From the IMG/VR virus record IMGVR_UViG_3300037424_002898, positions 1 to 43,893 of that record: a DNA stretch of 43,893 bases. One strand, given 5' to 3'. Below are positions 36,274-43,348 of the stretch, in pieces; the first letter of the stretch is position 1, and each line of letters opens with the position of its first letter. The notes below the pieces were generated by a model, which saw only the letters and a list, made by a program, of their open reading frames with translations, made no database searches and had not been told where the DNA came from. The position numbers and the translations under genes are program-made. The DNA comes from a virus (lineage: Duplodnaviria; Caudoviricetes).

Positions 36274-36567
36274 TCACACCTCCAGTTTTTTAAGTTCATC
36301 ACTGTCGCGGGCAATGCGCCCTTCTAACTGCGCCTTGCGCCGCGCCCAAAATAGGGCCAGCCCCAGATCCAGTTCCCATGCCCCGCCGACGCAGCGCACC
36401 AGGTGCTCGTCTTCGAGCGTTGCCAGGTGGCACATCACCGTGCCGTTCGGCAGATCCAGCGTCCGGGAGACGTCCTGCCCGGAGACCGCCTGTTTCTGCT
36501 CGGACAGGTACCGCAGTATGGCCACTGAGGTCTTGACCGCCTCGATTCGCCGATACGTTGTTGCCAT
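36274..36567 (-). CDS. IclR-type HTH protein
   Basis: IEAVKTSVAILRYL..LDLPNGTVMCHLATLE. Confidence 0.8.
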   Translation of the reverse strand: MATTYRRIEAVKTSVAILRYLSEQKQAVSGQDVSRTLDLPNGTVMCHLATLEDEHLVRCVGGAWELDLGLALFWARRKAQLEGRIARDSDELKKLEV

Positions 36568-36568
36568 T

Positions 36569-36709
36569 TCACACCTCCTGCCGGCGCATCACGGCGGCGA
36601 AAATAAGAATCAATCCCACCCCGACCAGATTCGGTCCGGGAAACAGCGGCCCCTCCGATCCCGCCAGGGCCAGCCCCGCAAAGAGCACCATCCCCATCAC
36701 CCAGCGCAT
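36569..36709 (-). CDS. Small membrane protein
   Basis: Two hydrophobic stretches; start uncertain. Confidence 0.5.
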   Translation of the reverse strand: MRWVMGMVLFAGLALAGSEGPLFPGPNLVGVGLILIFAAVMRRQEV

Positions 36710-36942
36710 TTGCCCCCCACGGTCCATTCGGTTGCCCACTTCAGCTGGGTGTCCACCTGGATGACGCACGGACAAGAGGGGCAGGCGCAGCGCACGGCGG
36801 CGACCAGCTGACTCTCCTTTTTTTCAGGTGCCAGCCAGTAAAACCGCGCCCGGGTGGTCATCAGTGACTGGCAATCCGGGCAGATGACCGCGCCGTCTTC
36901 ATTCAGCAGTACTTGCACTTCGGAACCGGTCCACCGTCTCAT
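36697..36942 (-). CDS. Small zinc-ribbon protein
   Basis: CPDC..CPSC; ATGA overlap. Confidence 0.55.
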   Translation of the reverse strand: MRRWTGSEVQVLLNEDGAVICPDCQSLMTTRARFYWLAPEKKESQLVAAVRCACPSCPCVIQVDTQLKWATEWTVGGKCAG

Positions 36943-37469
36943 CGTCTCGCCTTTCCGCGCAGCTCGCTGCGGAGCCGCCGCATTTCGTCCAGGGTTTGTT
37001 CCAACTTCCCGAGCTGCAGCAGTCGGATCTCCTCGGCCGTGGCCACCTGCCCTCCGGCCGCCGCCACGATGGTGGCCGCCGGCTCGATGATCCCCGTCAC
37101 ATGGTGGATGGCGTAGAGGTAATAGGCCGGGATCGGGTATTCGCAAGGCTTCGAGAGGTAGTTATTGAGCATGTGGATCGTCAGGGGCTTGCGGCATTCC
37201 GGAGGGTCCTTCTCGGCTCCCTCGTCGGTCCGCCCGAAGTAGGCGTTGATGCCGTCAACCAGCTGATCGCGACTCTTGCCCGATTCGCGCAGGGTGCGCT
37301 TGATCGCGGCGGCGATCTCGATGCACGCCTCCATCTCGCTTTCGGCGGACATCGGCCCCGGCTTGCGCCCGGCGGCCTCGACCAGGTCGGTCTTGACCTC
37401 GATGTACTCGTCGACCAGGGCCTCGAAATCGAGAGGGAGTTGGTTGTTTGGGACCGATGTTTTTTTCAT
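36939..37469 (-). CDS. Early regulatory protein (CII-like)
   Basis: SRDQLVD..LTIHMLNNYLS..IPAYYL helical pattern. Confidence 0.65.
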   Translation of the reverse strand: MKKTSVPNNQLPLDFEALVDEYIEVKTDLVEAAGRKPGPMSAESEMEACIEIAAAIKRTLRESGKSRDQLVDGINAYFGRTDEGAEKDPPECRKPLTIHMLNNYLSKPCEYPIPAYYLYAIHHVTGIIEPAATIVAAAGGQVATAEEIRLLQLGKLEQTLDEMRRLRSELRGKARR

Positions 37470-37495
37470 GTCTAAATAAATCCTCGCCTTAGACG

Positions 37496-37524
37496 TTGAG
37501 ATCGGTATTGCCGGCTGCTACGCT
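37496..37524 (+). promoter_or_regulatory. Putative promoter for the antisense zinc-finger gene
   Basis: TTGAGA-17bp-TACGCT. Confidence 0.5.
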
Positions 37525-37553
37525 TTGGCCATCACACTTTCAGGAGGTCGGTC

Positions 37554-38078
37554 ATGGTCGAATTTCCGCAAGACGCGCACTTTCTTTGTCGCAAATGCAA
37601 GGGGAGCTTTCTGATCCCGGCCGGACAGTTTGAGGAGGCCCGGCGAGCCAGCTGTATTATCTGCCCCGGGTGCGGCGCTGCCACCCGGGCGAGTCTGGCC
37701 AAAATCGAGATGTTTTTCCGGTTTTACCCGCGTTTCATCGGTGCGCTCGACCGCCTGAATGAGAGCGGCCTTCCCCTGGTTGGTTATGGGATCGACAAGC
37801 ATGATTTGGTGCCGTATTACAGACTCTTGAATTTGACCTTTGGTTGCAGTGGTTGCGGCAAAAAGCATCGGGTTGAGATGTGCGAGACGCGCGACCTGAT
37901 CGACCATCCGAAACTCTTTTTCTGCACCCATTGCCGCCATCACCCGGCCTCCACCTCTCTCGTTAAGGGGTTCTTCACCGCCGCAATCAATCTCGATGCT
38001 GCGGCAGCCCATTTCGGAAATCTTCAATGGAATATTTTCTCGCCCTACGGCTTTGAGTTGGAGTGGGTAGAGTTGTAG
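37554..38078 (+). CDS. Multi-CxxC zinc-finger protein antisense to the early operon
   Basis: CRKC, CPGC, CSGC, CTHC; AGGAGG RBS. Confidence 0.7.
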   Translation: MVEFPQDAHFLCRKCKGSFLIPAGQFEEARRASCIICPGCGAATRASLAKIEMFFRFYPRFIGALDRLNESGLPLVGYGIDKHDLVPYYRLLNLTFGCSGCGKKHRVEMCETRDLIDHPKLFFCTHCRHHPASTSLVKGFFTAAINLDAAAAHFGNLQWNIFSPYGFELEWVEL

Positions 38079-38262
38079 GGATGCCGACGATTACCGTCCC
38101 TTCGTTGGCGGCAATAAGTTTGGGGCGTTTATTCGGAGGCAATATCCCCTGGTTTTCGGCGAACTGCCTGGCCATGTCTCGGGATATTCTTAGTTGGGTG
38201 GGCTGTGAGGCGTTAAGCCGACAGTGGAATTCATCGAGAATCTGCTTCTGGGTGGGAGCCAT
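37987..38262 (-). CDS. Hypothetical protein
   Basis: AGGAGG RBS; 3' end overlaps the zinc-finger gene. Confidence 0.5.
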   Translation of the reverse strand: MAPTQKQILDEFHCRLNASQPTQLRISRDMARQFAENQGILPPNKRPKLIAANEGTVIVGIPTTLPTPTQSRRARKYSIEDFRNGLPQHRD

Positions 38263-38305
38263 CTTTCCTCCTGTTAAAAAATGTTCAAATTTGCAACCCG
38301 CTGCG

Positions 38306-38551
38306 CTATACTCGCTCGGCGAGGCGTTCGAGCCCGATGGATCTCTTTTTCAAGGGAGAGTATCGTTCGGGGAAAACCTTCTCCACCGGTTGGTCGAGCG
38401 CCCTGGCGATCAACCGTTGGATCGGGTCGGAGATGGAATGCCCCTCGATCACCCGGTGAACAGTGACGGGGTTGACCTTGCGAACCCGGGCGATATCCGC
38501 CTGGGTGACACCGACCCGTAACAGAGCAATTTTTATTTCAAGGGGTTCCAT
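38306..38551 (-). CDS. ner: Ner/Cro-like HTH protein
   Basis: EIKIAL..GVTQADIAR..IARALDQPVEKVFPERY; divergent from repressor. Confidence 0.8.
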   Translation of the reverse strand: MEPLEIKIALLRVGVTQADIARVRKVNPVTVHRVIEGHSISDPIQRLIARALDQPVEKVFPERYSPLKKRSIGLERLAERV

Positions 38552-38629
38552 GGCGACTCCTTCTTTTTTGGCCTCGGTTTGTATTTTCCTGCGCTTGCCG
38601 GTGGCGTGAATGTCTTAACTGGTGAGACA

Positions 38630-38695
38630 AGCATAGTTCAAGTTATTGTACTTTTCAAGGCAAAAGTACAACTTATTTTCCTTTTTTATAAGTTG
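38630..38695. promoter_or_regulatory. Lysis/lysogeny switch: early promoter and operators
   Basis: Minus-strand TTGAAA-17-TATGCT (38658..38630) overlapped by IR TTGTACTTTT/AAAAGTACAA (38646..38671); second IR CAACTTAT/ATAAGTTG. Confidence 0.7.
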
Positions 38696-38703
38696 CTGTT
38701 TTT

Positions 38704-39144
38704 ATGAACTTTCCGACACGTCTAAACGCCTTTTTTAAGGCAACTGGACTAAAAAAGAACGACCTGCCCGATAAATTGGGGGTTAGCCGAGCGATGATGT
38801 TTAATTACCTCGCCGGGAGGAATGAGCCCTCGGCCTCTTTCTTCAATGCCTTAAAAACCGCCTTCCCCTGGTTGAACGTTGAGTGGCTGATCACCGGGGT
38901 CGGCGAGATGGAAACTCGGACGGTTGGCGTTCACCAAGTGGCAACCGGCAACAGACATATTCAGGTCGGGGGATCGGTCAACGGGCAGGTTGTCGGTGGG
39001 CAGGGAAATAGAGTCTTGACCGGGCGTGAAAGGTCGACCGATTCAGTGATTGTGCCGCTCGAAGATGTCGTGAGAATTTTGGAGGACTACGTTTCTCCGA
39101 AGGTGATCGACGAGATTCGGGAGCGTTTGAAGTCGGGCCGATAG
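38704..39144 (+). CDS. Prophage repressor (XRE HTH) without S24 peptidase, with RHIM-like C-terminal motif
   Basis: LGVSRAMMFNYLAGRNEPS..LNVEWLITGVGEM; divergent from ner. Confidence 0.85.
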   Translation: MNFPTRLNAFFKATGLKKNDLPDKLGVSRAMMFNYLAGRNEPSASFFNALKTAFPWLNVEWLITGVGEMETRTVGVHQVATGNRHIQVGGSVNGQVVGGQGNRVLTGRERSTDSVIVPLEDVVRILEDYVSPKVIDEIRERLKSGR

Positions 39145-39165
39145 CCCAGCGGGGAGGGAGTTAAA

Positions 39166-39726
39166 ATGGAGCAGGACGGGCACCAGGAGATTTACGGCGA
39201 CAACAATATCCAGGTCGGCCGTGACATAAAAATCTTCAAAATTAACAGGGCCAGCGTAGCCGAAACGATCCGCGCGATCGACGGCTATCTGGCCCTTTTT
39301 TATTTATCCCTGGTCGTCAGTTTGGCGGCCACCATGCTCCCCAGTGCAGTACTCAATATCATCGCCAGCATCGGCACGCTAGGGAGCGCCGCCCTGGTCT
39401 ACCTGCTACATTGGGAACGCCGCAGGATTTCCAGATCCAGGCCCCGCGGACTGATAAAATTCCAGGTCGCCGCGACTGCGCTATTGATCCTCTCAGGCTG
39501 CTCCGGCGCGCAGCTGGCCGACATCCACGACCAGACTCTCCTGCAGCTGATCCACCAATTCAAGACCGGCACCGCCCAAGGCGTTGGCATTTTCGGCATC
39601 GGCCTTGAGGACGTCACCACAGAAGCAGCTATGACAGCCGGCAACATCGAGAAAGTCTATGCCTCTGAGTCTGCCCGGAGTTTTGGGCTGATCAGCCTGG
39701 CCCGGGTGACGGTGTACGGAGAATAA
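39166..39726 (+). CDS. 3-TM membrane protein with N-terminal RHIM-like motif, internal lipobox and TRL-like C-terminal domain
   Basis: HQEIYGDNNIQVGRDI; three hydrophobic segments; LLILSGC; GIFGIGLEDVTTEAAMTAGNIEKV..VTVYGE. Confidence 0.75.
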   Translation: MEQDGHQEIYGDNNIQVGRDIKIFKINRASVAETIRAIDGYLALFYLSLVVSLAATMLPSAVLNIIASIGTLGSAALVYLLHWERRRISRSRPRGLIKFQVAATALLILSGCSGAQLADIHDQTLLQLIHQFKTGTAQGVGIFGIGLEDVTTEAAMTAGNIEKVYASESARSFGLISLARVTVYGE

Positions 39727-39747
39727 TACTAAAAAGGAGGAGGGATT

Positions 39748-40335
39748 ATGAAGAAGGTGAATTGGAAAAAAGCAGCTATTGCGATATGGGTGCTTGTCGG
39801 AGGGTTGGTCCTGATAGGTCTGATTGCCCCGCGATCAGGCTCGCCCGATTTTACTAAGGCCATGCCTTACCAGGTGATGACTTATGGTGATTTCAGTTTT
39901 CCTGGAAGAACTCGACTGGAGTGGGGAATCACCTCCTCGGCAAGGTCCTTTGAAGAAAGAGCCCAGACGGCAATGAAGGCTGCTTTCGATTTGCAAAAAA
40001 AATCAAAGGCCGATGTGGTGAGCATTTGGCTAGAGATAGGGCCAGCCATGGCTGGGGCAGGACATCAGCTCGCAATCGCCAGATATGCTCCAGATGGTGG
40101 TGGATTTTCCGGCGACCAAAAATGGATATGGGAGGTTGAAGCTGCAGTTCAGGAACCCGATCCGCTAGAAATAGAAGTCGGCGAACTTTGGTATCAGAAT
40201 AGCGAAGCATACAGAGGATTGGATGGTGCCTTGGATGAGCCGAGCTTGAAGGCATTTATAGCTGAAAAATTGGGAGTAGAAAAAGAAAAGGTTAGCCTTC
40301 CTTGGATCACTCGAAATGTCTATCCAGTGCTATGA
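39748..40335 (+). CDS. Membrane-anchored periplasmic protein (DUF4875-like)
   Basis: N-terminal TM; RAQTAMKAA..YAPDGGGFSG. Confidence 0.65.
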   Translation: MKKVNWKKAAIAIWVLVGGLVLIGLIAPRSGSPDFTKAMPYQVMTYGDFSFPGRTRLEWGITSSARSFEERAQTAMKAAFDLQKKSKADVVSIWLEIGPAMAGAGHQLAIARYAPDGGGFSGDQKWIWEVEAAVQEPDPLEIEVGELWYQNSEAYRGLDGALDEPSLKAFIAEKLGVEKEKVSLPWITRNVYPVL

Positions 40336-40339
40336 GATC

Positions 40340-40520
40340 GGCCGCAATTATTGGTTTGGTAGCTCTGGTCGGCGCGTCACTACCACAGCAGTAAGCACAT
40401 ATTCAAGGAACTACCGAAGCCGCCATAATGAATGGCAACATCGAGAAAGGCTATGCCTCGGAAGCTGCCCGGAGTTATGGGCTGATCAGCGTGGCCCGGG
40501 TGACGGTGTACGGGGAATAG
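40340..40520 (+). pseudogene. Remnant of a paralog of the 39166..39726 gene
   Basis: 40410..40520 is 93/111 nt identical to 39616..39726. Confidence 0.75.
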
Positions 40521-40538
40521 TCAGTAAGGGAAAATGAA

Positions 40539-41087
40539 ATGAATAGGGGCTTGGTTTACATACTATGCCTGGCGATCCTGCTACCAGGTATATGCTTTGG
40601 ACACGGAGGAAGGTTAGACATCAATGGGGGACATAATAATCGAAAGACTGGAAAATATCACTACCACAAGCAAACATCGGGAACCCCTACTCCAACTTCT
40701 AAGCCCAACCGAACGGTCTCTCCCAAAAATGAAATAAAAACATCAACTGAAGTTCCTCTTTCTCCTCCCACTGCTGCCGAGCGAAGCCGGAAAATCGCCG
40801 AGTATTTTCGAGTTAGCAATGAAAACGTCGGGGCACTTTCCTCCGATATTGTAATACACATGCGAGATGTTGAGTCAGTTAAGGAGTATGTGAAACGCCG
40901 CGACGGCTATCACTGCGTAATTTGCGGCAGCACAACCAAACTCGAAGTCGATCACCGCCGCGCGTTGATGAACGGCGGCTCCAACGACATCATAAATCTA
41001 GCGACCCTCTGCGACGATTGCCACACAGAAAAGACCAGAATGGACAGCTCGCTGCGCCGAAAAAGGGAGAGTTTGGCTGGTAAATAG
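40539..41087 (+). CDS. Exported YHYH-motif + HNH endonuclease protein
   Basis: Signal peptide, HGGRLD..GKYHYH, CVICG..LEVDH..GGSN..NLATLCDDCH. Confidence 0.85.
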   Translation: MNRGLVYILCLAILLPGICFGHGGRLDINGGHNNRKTGKYHYHKQTSGTPTPTSKPNRTVSPKNEIKTSTEVPLSPPTAAERSRKIAEYFRVSNENVGALSSDIVIHMRDVESVKEYVKRRDGYHCVICGSTTKLEVDHRRALMNGGSNDIINLATLCDDCHTEKTRMDSSLRRKRESLAGK

Positions 41088-41162
41088 GTCGACACTAGAA
41101 TATTGGGAAATTTCTGGGACTAACTGGATATGTTTTTTAAAACATAAAATGAGGAGGGGCAA

Positions 41163-42095
41163 GTGGTCGAAAAACAAAAAACCTTAAGTTATCGCCGGGC
41201 TGAATTTCTAACGTCTGTCGATGGCACTCTCGAAGAGTATTTAGCCAATGCTCATAGCCAATTTACGACTATTGCCCAGCGCCGAGTGGAGGTTCCAGGC
41301 CACCCCACACTCGAATGTCGGAAACACCTTCCGCAACAGAATCTTGGTATTTTACTCCATATTGCTGCGTACACTCCTGGGGAACATGCGTCAGTCGTGC
41401 CCCGATTGAGTGAAAATCAGGATGGAGATGTGGGCACAACTCCTCCCCCAGAGCACTGCGAATTCATGGATGGCGACATTATGGTCCTTGTGGTCGGCAA
41501 CCACGTTCTTTTGTGCGCTACTAATCTGCATGAAAAAAGGGCTGAAAGATATATGACCGGCATCATTGAAGCCACCGGCCTTCCGCGAAACGCTTCAACT
41601 TTTTCTCTCTGTAGATCTGCAAATGTAGATAAATTGAGGCTTATCCAGAGTCAAGGAGTAAAGGCTATCAACTTGGATGTGAGCCTTTTTGATGCTACCC
41701 TTGACAATATAGACAGAACGACAGTCCGGCAGCAAATTGGAGGGATTCTCATGGATCAGGTTAAGGCCATGATTTTCAAAGACAAAACGCCCGAGGAAAT
41801 TGCGAATGCTGAAAATCTCACTGCCCGTGTCATCCTGACCTACGATAGTCGGAAAAAAGGCATGTCTCTTGGTCGAGAGGGAGTTGAACAATTAGCGATT
41901 CAAATGCTGGATGACGATGACGAAGGCTTTTCTATCCGCACCGCAGGGGGTCAGAGAATTAAAGGAAGTGACATTTCTCTTACTAAAATTGTAAAAATTC
42001 AAAAACACGGAAAGTCGGTTTTTTGCAGTGACGCCTGGCGTGAGCTTGAGACATATTATTATGAACTTCGAGCAGATGGGCTACTGGAGCAGTAA
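41163..42095 (+). CDS. Soluble 310-aa protein, candidate RexA-like defence sensor
   Basis: GAGGAGG RBS, GTG start, low GC, 3 bp from a 4-TM gene. Confidence 0.6.
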   Translation: MVEKQKTLSYRRAEFLTSVDGTLEEYLANAHSQFTTIAQRRVEVPGHPTLECRKHLPQQNLGILLHIAAYTPGEHASVVPRLSENQDGDVGTTPPPEHCEFMDGDIMVLVVGNHVLLCATNLHEKRAERYMTGIIEATGLPRNASTFSLCRSANVDKLRLIQSQGVKAINLDVSLFDATLDNIDRTTVRQQIGGILMDQVKAMIFKDKTPEEIANAENLTARVILTYDSRKKGMSLGREGVEQLAIQMLDDDDEGFSIRTAGGQRIKGSDISLTKIVKIQKHGKSVFCSDAWRELETYYYELRADGLLEQ

Positions 42096-42098
42096 TCT

Positions 42099-42584
42099 AT
42101 GGGAACAGACTGGAAAAGATTATCTTTCTTCGGTGTGGCCTTTAGTGCGGGGATAGTGGGTTTTCTCTTTGGCCAGCCATTGATCCACGGGAATGATCTA
42201 GCCGTAAATGTTATCGTCACAGTTTTCTCTATTTTGGCCGGGTTTCTAGTGGCGATTATGACCATAATGGGCGAGCCTGGTGCCATCGCGTCGAGAAGTT
42301 GGAGAGCCAGCGAGAAGAACCGGACAAACGTATTCAATCGGCTTGTTCGGCAAAAGTGGATGTTTTATCTCTATCTCACCACCCTTGGTTTGATCCTGAT
42401 TGCGAGCCTGATCGGAAAACAATATCCATTAGCGGGGTTATGGATAGAGCGGATCTACCTTGGAGCAGCCATTACAACATTCATTCTGTCTCTTGGCCTG
42501 CCATCAGCCTTGATGAAAATCCAGATCGCCCGTCAAGACGAAATCATCAACTCAAAAAGAAAAGCCGCCGGAATAAAGGACTGA
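42099..42584 (+). CDS. 4-TM membrane protein, candidate RexB-like effector
   Basis: Four hydrophobic helices, VFSILAGFLVAIMT. Confidence 0.65.
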   Translation: MGTDWKRLSFFGVAFSAGIVGFLFGQPLIHGNDLAVNVIVTVFSILAGFLVAIMTIMGEPGAIASRSWRASEKNRTNVFNRLVRQKWMFYLYLTTLGLILIASLIGKQYPLAGLWIERIYLGAAITTFILSLGLPSALMKIQIARQDEIINSKRKAAGIKD

Positions 42585-42643
42585 TGCTTGGCGTGGCCGT
42601 TCAATGAAAAGGGCCGCCACGCCAAGCATCAAAATATTTTTGA
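42582..42643 (+). terminator. Hairpin ending the cargo transcript, overlapping palindrome copy 4
   Basis: 16-bp stem TGATGCTTGGCGTGGC/GCCACGCCAAGCATCA, then TCAAAA-TAT-TTTTGA. Confidence 0.7.
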
Positions 42644-42739
42644 CGACTCCCCCAAAACTCCTCCCTGTAAACCATCCGTAAAGATTTGCCGACCACAGTT
42701 TTCGCAATTCTCGTTACTTCCGTTTCTCACCCCCCCTCA

Positions 42740-42745
42740 GAAGGG
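42740..42745 (+). repeat. Right copy of target-site duplication GAAGGG
   Basis: Immediately follows terminal CA. Confidence 0.88.
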
Positions 42746-42769
42746 GGCCCGCAGCTCCGGGCCTCGAGA

Positions 42770-43084
42770 TTAAATCATCTTATCTGAGCTGGCTGAAGCT
42801 GGGGCTCCGCAGGCGGGGCAGAATTTCCAGTCGGTGGCCAGAGCGGAGCCGCAGGGGCAGCCGCGGCGGCCGGGGGGACGGCGACGGTGGCGCAGGAAGG
42901 CCAGGACCAGGGCGCCGACCAGGGCCAGCCCCAAAAGGAGAGCCCCGAAGGGGCCGAGGGTGAAAAAGGTGCCGAGGGTGCAGCGCCCGCAGCAGTAGGA
43001 CCAGTAGTTGTAACAAATAACCGACAGCAGGGTGATCACGGAGAGAAGAGCCGCCGCCGTCCCGGGGAAATGTCCCTTCCTCAT
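42770..43084 (-). CDS. Host membrane protein with C-terminal zinc ribbon
   Basis: Two TMs, CPCG..WKFCPACG; start MRKGH overlaps the upstream stop. Confidence 0.7.
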   Translation of the reverse strand: MRKGHFPGTAAALLSVITLLSVICYNYWSYCCGRCTLGTFFTLGPFGALLLGLALVGALVLAFLRHRRRPPGRRGCPCGSALATDWKFCPACGAPASASSDKMI

Positions 43085-43335
43085 GTCTCTTCCTCCCGCC
43101 GGGCCCCGCAATGGGGACAATAGCTGTGCCAGTTCGAAGTCGCCGCGCCGCAGACGCCGCAGCTCTCCCGCAAAAGCTCCCGACAGCGGGGACAGAGGAG
43201 CCAATCGGCCTCCACGGCGCCGGAGCATCCCGGGCATAGGCCGGCGGAGGGCGCCGGAGTCTCCTGTCCGCCGTCGAGCTCGGCGCGAATGGCGTAGCAG
43301 AAAAAGGCGAGAATCACCAGGAAGACGAGGACCAC
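43081..43335 (-). CDS. Host double zinc-ribbon protein
   Basis: CPGC, CPRC, CGVC, CPHC. Confidence 0.75.
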   Translation of the reverse strand: MVLVFLVILAFFCYAIRAELDGGQETPAPSAGLCPGCSGAVEADWLLCPRCRELLRESCGVCGAATSNWHSYCPHCGARREEET

Positions 43336-43348
43336 GGCTCCCCCTCCC

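Larger units (their letters stand above)
127..42739. mobile_element. Complete transposable (Mu/B3-like) myovirus prophage
   Basis: Begins TGA at 127, ends TCA at 42739, flanked by GAAGGG on both sides; contains DDE transposase, AAA ATPase, gam, gemA and full head/tail modules; no integrase; host genes outside. Confidence 0.93.

Noticed and set aside
39616-40520. Possible DGR template/variable repeat pair
   Set aside because: Mismatches are not adenine-specific, many are synonymous, and no reverse transcriptase is present.
40316-40537. 73-aa plus-strand ORF
   Set aside because: Out of frame with the duplicated TRL-like remnant that explains this sequence.
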